DNA from: Pseudomonadota bacterium
Lineage (GTDB): Bacteria; Pseudomonadota; Alphaproteobacteria; Sphingomonadales; Sphingomonadaceae
Length of the DNA: 64,000 bases
Reading direction: 5' to 3'
Assembly (NCBI GenBank): GCA_023423655.1
Contig: JAFAFE010000005.1
Span: 72,058-136,057, forward strand
The notes under the pieces are model-generated. The model ran no database searches. It was not told the origin of the DNA and saw nothing but the letters and a program-made list of their open reading frames with translations. Shown one piece after another: positions 55,122 to 64,000 of the stretch (positions are counted from its first letter, which is position 1; every line of letters begins with the position of its first letter). A program made the position numbers and the translations under genes.

Positions 55122-56678
55122 ATGTACCCGAGTCATTGGGCAAAGATTTTTCCAGACAAGCCGGCCGCGATCGACAGCGAGACGGGCGAAAGCATCTGTT
55201 ACAAGGAGCTCGACGATAGGTCGATGCAGCTCGCAAACCTGATGCGCGCGCGCGGCCTGGTCGCGGGCGACACGATCGCGATCTTCATGGAGAATAATCT
55301 CCGCTATTTTGAAGTCATCTGGGCGGCGCTGCGGTCGGGCCTCTATCTGGTCACGATCAACAAGTTCCTGACCGCCGAGGAAGCGGCCTATATAGCGAAT
55401 GACAGTGATGCGCGGCTGCTCGTCTCGTCGCGGGCGCTGGCCGCAGTGGCGGACGAACTGCCCGGCCTATGCCCGGCCTGCGAATTCTTCCTGATGACCG
55501 ATGGCACTACTGTGGAATGGGAAAGCTATGAGGAAGCGATCGCGCGGCATCCCGCCGAAATCCTTGGCGAGGAACCGCTGGGCGAGTTCATGTGGTACAG
55601 TTCGGGCACGACGGGGCATCCAAAGGGCGTGAAGCGCCCGCTCCGCAAGCTTTCGGTGAACGATGCGAGGACGCCGCTTGGCCGCATGCACCGCGAACTC
55701 TGGGATTTCGACGAGGACACGGTCGCGATCCTTCCCGCTCCGCTCTATCATTCGGCGCCCTCAGGCTACGCCGCGTCGACTCATAAATGGGGCGGTACGC
55801 TTGTCATGATGCCGCGCTTCGATCCCGAAGCCGCGTTGCGCGCGATTGAAACCTACAAGGTCACGCATGGCATGTGGGTCCCGACGATGTTCATCCGTAT
55901 GCTCAAGCTGCCCGAAGACGTGCGCGCGCGCTACGACCTGTCGAGTCTCAAGAACGCCGTCCACAGCGCCGCGCCCTGCCCGCTCGACGTGAAGAAGGCG
56001 ATGTTCGCTTGGTGGGGCGACGTGCTCTACGAACTTTACGGCGGCACCGAGCTCAACGGCTCGACCCATGCGACGCCGCAAGAGTGGCTCGCCAATCCGG
56101 GAACGGTCGGCAAGCCATTGTTCGGCATCATCCACATCTGCGACGACGACGGCCAGGAACTGCCCGCGAACGAAGCTGGCACCGTCTATTTCGAGATGCC
56201 GACCGGCGTGACCTTCAAATATCACAAGGACGACGCCAAGACGAAGAACGCGCTGCACCCCGACCACCCGAACTGGAGCGCTCTCGGCGACGTCGGCTAT
56301 GTGAACGAGCGCGGCTTCCTGTTCCTCGTCGATCGCAAGTCGTTCATGATCATCTCGGGCGGCGTCAATATCTACCCGCAGGAGATCGAAGACCTGTTGA
56401 TCCAGCATCCCGCGATCGAGGATGTCGCGGTAATCGGCGTCCCCAACGAGGATATGGGCGAAGAGGTCAAGGCCGTCGTGCAACTGCGCGATACCGAAGC
56501 GCCGACCGAAGCCTTGGCCGAGGATATCATGGCGTTTGGTCGCGCGAAGCTCGCCAAATATAAATGGCCGCGGACGATCGACTTCATCGACGAACTGCCG
56601 AGGCTGCCGACCGGCAAGCTCTACAAGAACAAGCTTCGCGACAAATATTGGGGCGAACGCGCGCTGCGCATCAACTGA
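55122..56678 (+). CDS. Acyl-CoA synthetase (AMP-forming, adenylate-forming superfamily)
   Basis: AGGAG RBS. Motifs: YSSGTTGHPKGV, YGGTE, and GKLYKNKLRD at the C-terminus. Confidence 0.9.
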   Translation: MYPSHWAKIFPDKPAAIDSETGESICYKELDDRSMQLANLMRARGLVAGDTIAIFMENNLRYFEVIWAALRSGLYLVTINKFLTAEEAAYIANDSDARLLVSSRALAAVADELPGLCPACEFFLMTDGTTVEWESYEEAIARHPAEILGEEPLGEFMWYSSGTTGHPKGVKRPLRKLSVNDARTPLGRMHRELWDFDEDTVAILPAPLYHSAPSGYAASTHKWGGTLVMMPRFDPEAALRAIETYKVTHGMWVPTMFIRMLKLPEDVRARYDLSSLKNAVHSAAPCPLDVKKAMFAWWGDVLYELYGGTELNGSTHATPQEWLANPGTVGKPLFGIIHICDDDGQELPANEAGTVYFEMPTGVTFKYHKDDAKTKNALHPDHPNWSALGDVGYVNERGFLFLVDRKSFMIISGGVNIYPQEIEDLLIQHPAIEDVAVIGVPNEDMGEEVKAVVQLRDTEAPTEALAEDIMAFGRAKLAKYKWPRTIDFIDELPRLPTGKLYKNKLRDKYWGERALRIN

Positions 56679-56733
56679 ACCCCGAGGCTTTCGCCCGCAA
56701 GCGAAGCCAGGACCTGACAAGGGCACCGAACGT

Positions 56734-57948
56734 ATGACAGTCCAAAGCAAATCGAACGCCACCAAACTGAGCCCGGGCGAATTCGCCTCCTATTGTGACG
56801 AATGGCTGGCAAGCAACGCGCAGCCGGCGCCACTAGGACTGCCGCGCAGCGCCATCGATCTGGTCGACCCGGGCCAGTTCGAACAGCTTCGCAGCTGGCA
56901 GGCGGCCGCCTATCGAGCCGGCCTGATCGGCTGCGACTATCCCTCGGACTATGGCGGCGGCGGTCGCAGGGGATTTCAGGCGATCGCGAACGAGGCGCTC
57001 CGACGCGCGGGCGCGCCCTATTTCCCGAGTTTCGTCGGCCTGCAGCTCGTCGCACCGACTTTGCTTTTCCACGCTTCCGAAGAATTGAAGCGCCTGCTTC
57101 TGCCGCGGCTTTTCTCGGGCGAGGATATCTGGTGCCAGGGTTTCAGCGAGCCTGGTGCCGGATCCGATCTAGCCAATGTTGGAACTTCTGCGGTACGCAA
57201 GGGCGACCGCTGGGTAATCAATGGCCACAAGGTCTGGACATCGCATGCCCAATTTGCCGATCGCATGGTGCTCCTCGCGCGCACCGACAAGAGCGACAAA
57301 CGGGGCGGGCTTACCTATTTCGTAGTCCCGATCAGGGAAGCACTCGGGTCGGGGGTTATCGTTCGCCCGTTGATCAAGATTACCGGCGAACCCGGCTTCA
57401 ACGAAGTTCTCTTCGACGATCTTGAGATCGGCGATGAATGGCGGGTCGATGCGGTCGGCGCCGGCTGGCGCGTCGCGATGACGACCTTGCAGCATGAGCG
57501 CAGCGCCGGCCCGATGCTGACGCCGCAGGCGAACGGGTTCGGCAAGACCAAGGCGAGTTCGCAGAGTTCGGGAGCGCATAAGCTCGTCGCGCTGGCGCTG
57601 TCGAACTCGGTCGACGGCCGACCCGCGGCGGAGAATCCGGGGCTTCGCGACCGGGTGATGCGTCTCATCGTCCGCCAGGAAGGACAGAAATATTCGGCGC
57701 AGCGCCACGGCGTCGCCGGTTTGACCGATCACCCCGATCGCATTCCGCTGCAAACCAAACTGGCGCGCACCGCGCTCGCGCAGGACGTCGCCGAACTGGC
57801 GGTCGAAATCGAGGGCGCGGGACGCGATTTGATGTCGGGTTCCTGGACGATGGCCTATCTGTCGTCTTTCGGCATGACGATCGCCGGCGGGACCAACGAA
57901 ATCCAGCACAATATTATCGGCGAGCGTGTCCTCGGCCTCCCCAAGTAA
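56734..57948 (+). CDS. Acyl-CoA dehydrogenase, alpha-type
   Basis: ORF 56536..57948; ATG 56734. Motifs: GFSEPGAGSDLANV and IAGGTNEIQHNIIGERVLGLPK. Confidence 0.85.
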   Translation: MTVQSKSNATKLSPGEFASYCDEWLASNAQPAPLGLPRSAIDLVDPGQFEQLRSWQAAAYRAGLIGCDYPSDYGGGGRRGFQAIANEALRRAGAPYFPSFVGLQLVAPTLLFHASEELKRLLLPRLFSGEDIWCQGFSEPGAGSDLANVGTSAVRKGDRWVINGHKVWTSHAQFADRMVLLARTDKSDKRGGLTYFVVPIREALGSGVIVRPLIKITGEPGFNEVLFDDLEIGDEWRVDAVGAGWRVAMTTLQHERSAGPMLTPQANGFGKTKASSQSSGAHKLVALALSNSVDGRPAAENPGLRDRVMRLIVRQEGQKYSAQRHGVAGLTDHPDRIPLQTKLARTALAQDVAELAVEIEGAGRDLMSGSWTMAYLSSFGMTIAGGTNEIQHNIIGERVLGLPK

Positions 57949-57960
57949 AAAGGAATTCGT

Positions 57961-59097
57961 ATGTCCACACCCAGGGATTTCGGCTTCGACCAAGATGCGC
58001 TCACGCTCAAGGAAGCGGCGCACGACTATCTGCAGGACCAGCTTCGCGCCGGTCTTCTCCTCGAACTGGTAAAGACGGTTGAGCGCGATCCGCGTGCGAC
58101 GCTGCCCGACGGCAGGCTCCAGCAGGACATCATGTCATTGGGCTGGAATGGTCTCGCGATCGCTTCCGACGAGGGCGGCGTCGGAGCATCCTTCCCCGCC
58201 ATCGTCGGCGTCGCCGAAGAACTCGGCCGATCGGCCGCGCCTATCCCGCTTTTGTCCACTCTCATCGCCTGCCAGTTGTTGCAACAATGCCATACCGACG
58301 CGGCACGGGAGGTGCGGAAGGCCGTTGCGGGCGGCGCAACCGTTACCCTCGCCTTTGCTGACCAGCGCAGCAGCCAGCATTGCCGCGACACACGCGTACG
58401 GTTCGAGGATGGTCGGCTGAAAGGCATCGCCTGGTTTGTCCAAGATGGCTGTCAGGCCGACTGGTATCTGGTCGCGGCAAAGGATGCATCGGGAATCGGC
58501 TGGTACGCCGTGCCCGCGGATGATCAGGACATCGACATCATCGCCGACGATATCGCCGACCTGACGCGGACGCAGGCGCGCATCGAATGCAACGCCGTCG
58601 CTGGCGGCAGAAGCCGCTGTCTTGTTGCGCAAGGAGAAGGTATCGACTGTTTCGAAAAGGCCCTGCCTGGCATCCTTGCAATCTCGGCAGCCGACATGGC
58701 CGGCGCCGCCGAATGGCTGTTGCAGACGACCACCGACTATGCGCGGACGCGGACGCAGTTCGGCGTCAGCATCGGTTCCTTCCAGGCGGTGAAGCATCCG
58801 CTCGTCGATCTCATGATCATGATCGACCAGGCGCGCTCGCTGGCCTATGCGACTGCCGGTGCGATTTCCGCCGGGGCGGACGATGCGATGCGGCTCGCGC
58901 GCATGGCGAAGGAGGCGGCGAGCGAAGCCGCCGGCTTCTCGGTCAGGACCGCGATCCAGCTGCATGGCGGCATCGCCTATACCTGGGAATGTGCGGTTCA
59001 TATCTTTGCCAAACGGCAAAAGCACAGCCAGATGCTGTTTGGCGGCGGCGCAGCACAGCGCGAAGCACTGGCGCGGATGCTTCTCGATGGGAATTAG
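57961..59097 (+). CDS. Acyl-CoA dehydrogenase family protein, beta-type partner
   Basis: ACAD fold. The C-terminal region QLHGGIAYTWECAVHIFAKRQ lacks the EGT motif. It lies immediately downstream of the alpha-type gene. Confidence 0.8.
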   Translation: MSTPRDFGFDQDALTLKEAAHDYLQDQLRAGLLLELVKTVERDPRATLPDGRLQQDIMSLGWNGLAIASDEGGVGASFPAIVGVAEELGRSAAPIPLLSTLIACQLLQQCHTDAAREVRKAVAGGATVTLAFADQRSSQHCRDTRVRFEDGRLKGIAWFVQDGCQADWYLVAAKDASGIGWYAVPADDQDIDIIADDIADLTRTQARIECNAVAGGRSRCLVAQGEGIDCFEKALPGILAISAADMAGAAEWLLQTTTDYARTRTQFGVSIGSFQAVKHPLVDLMIMIDQARSLAYATAGAISAGADDAMRLARMAKEAASEAAGFSVRTAIQLHGGIAYTWECAVHIFAKRQKHSQMLFGGGAAQREALARMLLDGN

Positions 59098-59174
59098 GGT
59101 AAAGCGACGATAGCTCTTCGATTTGAAGGCTTGCGTCTATGCAGGCAGCGAAATATCCTCAGGAGAAAGAAAAG

Positions 59175-59654
59175 ATGGCGTCCATCGTGCGAACAGACAA
59201 GGCAGGCTTTATGAGTGCGCGCGCCAGCCAGATCGAATTTACGATGCTTGAGGTGCAGCGTCTGTTTCAACGCGTCTACAGAACGCGCTTCACCGAGAAA
59301 GGGCTGCATTTCCAGCAATCGGCGGTCCTCAACTACGTCTATCACAACAAGCCGATGACGCAGACCGAACTCGCGGCGCTGGCGCATATAGGCCGCCCGG
59401 CGATGGGCGACCTGATCGACCAGCTCGAGACAAAAAAACTCGTTCGCCGTGCCAACGACCCCAACGACCGGCGGACGCGGGTCATCGAGATCACGACCGA
59501 AGGCGAGTCGCTGATGAAGGAGATCGATGCGATCGCGCAGCAGCTGGGTCAGGAGTTGCGGGCAGGAACAACGAAGGAAGAGCGAAAGGAATTTCTCAAG
59601 TTTCTCGAGAAGCTTCGTACCAATCTGAACGCCATGGGGCCTGAAGACAAATAG
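59175..59654 (+). CDS. MarR-family transcriptional regulator
   Basis: ORF 59139..59654; ATG 59175 follows AGGAGAAAG. Winged-helix region: QSAVLNYVYHNKPMTQTELAALAHIGRPAMGDLIDQLETKKLVRRANDPNDRR. Confidence 0.85.
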   Translation: MASIVRTDKAGFMSARASQIEFTMLEVQRLFQRVYRTRFTEKGLHFQQSAVLNYVYHNKPMTQTELAALAHIGRPAMGDLIDQLETKKLVRRANDPNDRRTRVIEITTEGESLMKEIDAIAQQLGQELRAGTTKEERKEFLKFLEKLRTNLNAMGPEDK

Positions 59655-59657
59655 GCG

Positions 59658-60455
59658 CTACCGGCGCCTGAAGCGCGGCGGTCGTTTTTCGCGAAACGCA
59701 CGAACACCCTCGGCAAAATCATCCGAACGCCCGACGTCGCGTTGGATCGTCCGCTCGCGCGCGAGCTGTTCGGGTAGCCCGCCGTCAAGAGCTGCCCAGG
59801 CCATCGTCCGGATATGCCGCTGCGAGAAGGGGCCGCGCGCAAGTGTCTCCGCCAGCGCGAAGGCGTCTTCCTCGAGCGTCTCATTGGGTACAAGGCGGGT
59901 GACGAGACCCCATTCATAGCCGCGTTGCGCGGGCAGTTTTTCGCCGAGCAGCATCATTTCCATCGCCCGCACGCGGCCAATGGCTTTTGCGAGAATGTAG
60001 GCGGAGCCGCTGTCGGGCACGAGTCCGATGTTGCGGAACGCCTGGAGGAAGAAGGCGTCCTCGCTGGCGACGATGATGTCGCCCATCAGCGCAAGGCTGC
60101 ACCCTATTCCCGCCGCCGCGCCTTTTACTGCCGTGACGATCGGAACGTCGAGATCGCGGATCGCGAGGATCAGGGGATTGAACAGCGACTCCATCCGGTC
60201 GCCCACGTCGCGTTCGGTGTCGTCGAGATCGAAGCGCCCCTGCCCGAGAAAAGCACCAGAACAGAAAGATCGGCCCGTGCTCCCGAGGATGATGGCCCCC
60301 GCCTCTCGCGCACCCCGTGCAAGCGCGTCGGCGAGTTCGATCCCCATGTCGATCGACATCGCGTTGAGCGTTGCCCGATCGTTGAGGCGAATGAGAGCGA
60401 CATCGTCGCGTATCTCATACAGAAGCTTCTGATAATCCAATCTCACCTCACGCAT
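59658..60455 (-). CDS. Enoyl-CoA hydratase/isomerase family
   Basis: VALIRLNDRATLNAM and GSTGRSFCSGAFL. Confidence 0.85.
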   Translation of the reverse strand: MREVRLDYQKLLYEIRDDVALIRLNDRATLNAMSIDMGIELADALARGAREAGAIILGSTGRSFCSGAFLGQGRFDLDDTERDVGDRMESLFNPLILAIRDLDVPIVTAVKGAAAGIGCSLALMGDIIVASEDAFFLQAFRNIGLVPDSGSAYILAKAIGRVRAMEMMLLGEKLPAQRGYEWGLVTRLVPNETLEEDAFALAETLARGPFSQRHIRTMAWAALDGGLPEQLARERTIQRDVGRSDDFAEGVRAFREKRPPRFRRR

Positions 60456-60462
60456 TCGCGGA

Positions 60463-62580
60463 TCAGGATGGCCGCTCCGTCACTGGCACGACGACGGCAT
60501 CGAGCGCCATCCCGCCTTGGCCTGCAGAAAAGACGCGGAAGGGATTGATGTCGATACTCTCGATGATGTCCGCATTGTCGGCCGCGAAGACCGACAAGGC
60601 GCTCAGCGCAGCTGCGAGCGCGTCAATGTCGGCGGCAGGCTGTCCGCGGACGCCGTCGAGAATGGCCTTGGCTTTCAGCCGGCCGATGAGCGCGCGCGCT
60701 TCCTCGATTCCGAAAGGCGCCTGACGCAGCACAGTGTCCCCCAGAAGTTCGACGAAGATGCCGCCGACTCCGACAAGGACGACGGGTCCGAAAACGGGAT
60801 CGCGGTTGACGCCGAGGATCATGTCGACGCCCTCGCTCGCCATCGGCTGAACCGTGACGCCTTCGATCGCGGCGCCGGGCATATGGCACCGCGCTGCGTC
60901 GCAAAGATCGCTCCATGCGGTCGTCGCCTCGCTTTCGCTCGCGATATTGAGGCGCACGCCGCCAATATCGCTCTTGTGGAGAATATCGGCCGACGCAATC
61001 TTCATCGCAACGGGAAAGCCCGCAGTGCGCGCAGCGGCCGCGGCCTCCTCCCCGCTCGTCGCGAGCGAAGCCGGTGTGACGGGAACGCCGGCCGCGCCGA
61101 GCAGCGCAAGCGCGGCCCCTTCTGCCAGCGGCTTGGCAAAGGCGGCAACCGTCTTGCTTCCTGTACAGATGGCCGCGAGCGCCGCGCCGGCGAAGCCTGA
61201 TCGCATCTTTGTCATTGCGCCGATCACCGCGATTGCGCGGTTTGGGTCTTCGAAGACGAGGCACCCGGCGGCTTCGAGCGCTTCACGCCGTTCGGCGCTC
61301 ATGATCGCCGACAGCGCGACGAGCTTGTCGGGATGGCGCGCCCGCAGTTCGCCGATCGTCTCGATCAGAAGCGTCGCAATCGGCTCCTGGTCGACGACGT
61401 AGGAAACGAAAATGAGAACGCTATCATAGTCGGCCTCCTCGAAAATCACCTCAAGGCTCGCCTTGAGCTTCGCAAGGTCGCGCACGATCTGAGCCGAGGT
61501 GTCGACGGGATTGCGACCAGTTGCGAAAGGCATGATCTCGGTGATCCGCGCCTGCGCCGCGAGCGGCATTTCCGCAACATCCAGCCCCACCCGGTCGGCT
61601 CCGTCAGCGGACAATATGCCGACGCCTCCCGACAGCGTGAAGATGGCGAGCCGCTTGCCGGCCGGCAGCGGCGCGATTGAAATGCTGCCCGCGATATCGA
61701 TCATTTCTTCCATCGAATGCACGCGGATCGCGCCATTGTCACGAAGCACCGCATCGAACACTTTGTCCGAACCGGCTAGCGCAGCGGTGTGCGACGCCGC
61801 AGCCAAGGCGCCGATCTCCGAACTGCCCGCCTTGATCACAATCACGGGCTTGCGATTGCGCATCGCGAGTCTGAGGGCCGCGATAAGCTTGTCCGCATCA
61901 TGCGTTCCCTCAAGATAGGCGGCGATGACCTTCGTATCGGGATCTTCGGCGAAATAGGCGATACTGTCGGCGACGCAGACGTCGCACTCATTGCCCGTGG
62001 CGACCCACGCACGGACGCCGAGGCCGCGCTCGCGCGCGAGGACGACCAGATGCGCGCCGACAGCCCCCGACTGGCAGGTGAAGGCAATCCCTCCCGGCCG
62101 GGGCCAGCCTTCCTCGACAAAGCCGATGAAAGACGGCAACGCCCTCGATTTCACGCTCATCAAACCGGCACAATTCGGCCCGAGAATCCGGATGCCGGTG
62201 GCGCGCCCGATCTCGGCGATCTCGGCCTGCATACGCTCGCCGTCCGCCCCGGCCTCGGCGAAGCCCGACGAGAAGATGACCGCGGCCCTGACACCCGCGC
62301 CGGCGCATTCGCGCAGCCATCCCGCCACCGCCGCAGCAGGGATCGCGAGCACGGCCAAGTCGACCGGCTGCCCGATTGAGGCGATATCGGAATAGGCCTT
62401 GAGCCCCTGAATTTGGGTCTCGCTGTTATGGATCGGATAGAGAGCTCCCTCGAAGCCACCCTTGAGCATATGATAGAGCGGGCGTCCCCCGAATTTTCCG
62501 ATCTCGTTGGATGCACCGATAATGGCGATGCTCTTGGGATCGAATAGCGGATCAAGCGAATATCGGTCAATGATCATCAT
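60463..62580 (-). CDS. ADP-forming acyl-CoA synthetase (acetate--CoA ligase family; CoA-binding + ATP-grasp fusion)
   Basis: ORF 60463..62598. N-terminal CoA-binding region (PKSIAIIGASNEIGKFGG) and a C-terminal ATP-grasp-like half (GFPVAMKIASADILHKSDIGGVRLNI). Confidence 0.8.
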   Translation of the reverse strand: MMIIDRYSLDPLFDPKSIAIIGASNEIGKFGGRPLYHMLKGGFEGALYPIHNSETQIQGLKAYSDIASIGQPVDLAVLAIPAAAVAGWLRECAGAGVRAAVIFSSGFAEAGADGERMQAEIAEIGRATGIRILGPNCAGLMSVKSRALPSFIGFVEEGWPRPGGIAFTCQSGAVGAHLVVLARERGLGVRAWVATGNECDVCVADSIAYFAEDPDTKVIAAYLEGTHDADKLIAALRLAMRNRKPVIVIKAGSSEIGALAAASHTAALAGSDKVFDAVLRDNGAIRVHSMEEMIDIAGSISIAPLPAGKRLAIFTLSGGVGILSADGADRVGLDVAEMPLAAQARITEIMPFATGRNPVDTSAQIVRDLAKLKASLEVIFEEADYDSVLIFVSYVVDQEPIATLLIETIGELRARHPDKLVALSAIMSAERREALEAAGCLVFEDPNRAIAVIGAMTKMRSGFAGAALAAICTGSKTVAAFAKPLAEGAALALLGAAGVPVTPASLATSGEEAAAAARTAGFPVAMKIASADILHKSDIGGVRLNIASESEATTAWSDLCDAARCHMPGAAIEGVTVQPMASEGVDMILGVNRDPVFGPVVLVGVGGIFVELLGDTVLRQAPFGIEEARALIGRLKAKAILDGVRGQPAADIDALAAALSALSVFAADNADIIESIDINPFRVFSAGQGGMALDAVVVPVTERPS

Positions 62581-62624
62581 TTGCGTCCTGCATAACACCG
62601 AACTGGCGGGGGCGGAGCCTTACG

Positions 62625-63068
62625 TCAGTCGAGATAGCGATAGATGCCTGTTGCCGAGGCGAGCAACGCGCCCTCTTCGTCAAACAGACGGCCTGTAGAA
62701 AAGAATATGGTGCGTCGGCTTCTGTCGACGACACCCTCGCCTCGGATCCGGACTCCGCTCTTTAACGAAGCGATGAAGTTCGTTGTCAGCGAGATGGTCA
62801 CGCATTTGCGCGACGGTAGCCCTTCGCCCCGGCAATTGCCCGCCATCCCGCACGTGACGTCGAGCAGAGTCAGGATCAGTCCGCCGTGTCCGACGCCGTT
62901 GCGATTGAGATGATAGGGCCGCATATCGAGACTGATCGACACGCGACCCGGTTCCCATTCATGATAGGCGATGCCGACAAGGTCGGAGAAATCAGGGGGC
63001 AGCGCGTCTTCCCAAGGCCGGTTCTCGGTGAGGTGAAAACCGCGGTGGGCAAGCGGAGAACCGTCCAT
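62625..63068 (-). CDS. PaaI-family hotdog thioesterase
   Basis: ORF 62625..63311; ATG 63068 follows AAGGAGG. Motif: NGVGHGGLILTLLDV. Confidence 0.8.
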   Translation of the reverse strand: MDGSPLAHRGFHLTENRPWEDALPPDFSDLVGIAYHEWEPGRVSISLDMRPYHLNRNGVGHGGLILTLLDVTCGMAGNCRGEGLPSRKCVTISLTTNFIASLKSGVRIRGEGVVDRSRRTIFFSTGRLFDEEGALLASATGIYRYLD

Positions 63069-63082
63069 CGCGGAGCCCTCCT

Positions 63083-63931
63083 TCAGGCCTTGCCTTCGCG
63101 CAGCGTCATCACGCCCTGGTCGAAGACAGTCCTGCCAGCCTGGTTCGCGGTCCGGAACAGGAACTGGCTTCCTTCCTTCCAGATCGAAACGATCAGTTCG
63201 TCGCCCGGAAAAACGGGGTTCGAGAATTTTCCCTTCATCGACCCGAAGAGCGCGACGTCGCCACCGCAAGCATGCTCGAGAAGCGCGCGGGCCGAATAAC
63301 CATAGGTGCAAAGGCCGTGCAGGATCGGACGATCGAAACCCGCTCGCTGCGCGAACTCGGGATCAGAATGAAGCGGATTGCGGTCACCCGACAGGCGATA
63401 GATCAGCGCCTGGTCATCGCGGGTCTTGTAGATCGACACGAAATCGGGCTCGCGCTCGGGCATTTCGATTTTTTCGCTCGGCCCCCGCTCGCCGTCCCAT
63501 CCGCCCTCGCCGCGAAAGAAAAGGCTGCTTACCGTGCGCATCAGAGGATTCCCGGTCGCGATATCGGAGGATTGGCAGGTAATCTCCACGATGGCCGCCG
63601 ATCCCTTGTCCCAAATCGCCGTGATCTTTCCGACCGTTTCAACCTCGCCTTCCGCCGGGAGCTCGCCGAGCAGCTCTATTTCCTGCCCGCCATGGACCAG
63701 CTTCGCAAGATCGTAGGAACCGAGCCGTTTGAAGGGTTGTCCACCCGAGCCGACGATGACAGCGAAGCTCGGCAGACATTTTTGCGGCGCACTTTTCGTA
63801 TTCTCGGTGGTGAAAGCGAGATCGTTGAGCCCCGCTCCGACACCCAACGCGTATATGATCGCATCCTTCTTGGTCCACGCGCGCCGCACCGGCTCGCCGG
63901 CAAAACCTACTGCACTGGGATCAATTGCCAC
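63083..63931 (-). CDS. MaoC-type double-hotdog enoyl-CoA hydratase (MFE-2 hydratase-domain-like)
   Basis: ORF 63083..63997; I prefer GTG 63931, which follows GAAGGAG. Motifs: YALGVGAG and LSGDRNPLHSDPEFA. Confidence 0.8.
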   Translation of the reverse strand: MAIDPSAVGFAGEPVRRAWTKKDAIIYALGVGAGLNDLAFTTENTKSAPQKCLPSFAVIVGSGGQPFKRLGSYDLAKLVHGGQEIELLGELPAEGEVETVGKITAIWDKGSAAIVEITCQSSDIATGNPLMRTVSSLFFRGEGGWDGERGPSEKIEMPEREPDFVSIYKTRDDQALIYRLSGDRNPLHSDPEFAQRAGFDRPILHGLCTYGYSARALLEHACGGDVALFGSMKGKFSNPVFPGDELIVSIWKEGSQFLFRTANQAGRTVFDQGVMTLREGKA

Positions 63932-64000
63932 TTTTCCGCTCCTTCGTCGCTCGTCCGCCAGCGGCGGCGCTTGATGTGTCTCTCGGCCCCACAGCATCGG

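Noticed and set aside
1-64000. CRISPR arrays, rRNA genes, IS transposases, toxin-antitoxin pairs, and restriction-modification or other recognisable defence systems.
   Set aside because: No regularly spaced short repeats, no rRNA-like conserved stretches and no transposase-like ORFs were seen. The only methyltransferase domain is the one fused to the strawberry-notch helicase, which is an ICE backbone gene rather than an R-M system.

Overview
High-GC alphaproteobacterial DNA, probably from a sphingomonad (inferred only from protein motifs I recognise; no search was run). The window splits into three compositional blocks.

(A) 1-6229: the end of an integrative/conjugative-type element. It carries a frameshifted strawberry-notch-like methylase/helicase, a zinc-finger/Toprim protein, a lytic transglycosylase and a tyrosine integrase, and it abuts a tRNA-Met(CAU) gene.

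(B) 6230-35875: a core-like block with visibly different codon choice (AAA/GAT/TTT/ATT-rich). It contains:
- a PEP-CTERM-type regulatory set (PrsK/PrsR sigma-54 two-component pair, a TPR protein, a polyprenyl-phosphate sugar transferase)
- mannose-1-P guanylyltransferase
- an XRE/ImmA-type regulator divergent from isocitrate lyase
- nadA, grxD-bolA, cysS and putA
- an OmpR-type regulator / LysM-FecR protein / CHASE2 kinase triad
- an RNB ribonuclease

(C) 35876-64000: a short decayed mobile-element remnant, followed by a >25 kb acyl-CoA catabolic cluster.
- The remnant holds a start-less repressor-like gene, a short ParB-like ORF, ORF-free GC-rich DNA and a broken CoA-transferase gene.
- The cluster holds an MFS transporter, a TonB receptor, thiolases plus a DUF35 protein, two alpha/beta-type acyl-CoA dehydrogenase pairs plus one canonical ACAD, family III CoA-transferases, a CitE-like lyase, MaoC hydratases, crotonases, an SDR, acyl-CoA synthetases, a thioesterase and MarR.

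Signals not explained by the genes:
- two tandem near-consensus sigma-54 promoters at 22.27 and 22.54 kb, each followed by a conserved ~75-nt structured segment with compensatory stem changes and no ORF (candidate sRNA pair)
- a 1.16 kb ORF-poor spacer between convergent genes (18.3-19.5 kb) with an inverted pair of perfect DnaA-box 9-mers, terminator-like hairpins and a third sigma-54-like promoter
- phased TGTAA repeats upstream of the response regulator
- a 44-bp-arm palindrome upstream of putA
- a shared TTATG-N4-CATA motif in two AT-rich promoter islands of the catabolic cluster

All product calls rest on motif recognition in the supplied translations. No database search or RNA folding was run.
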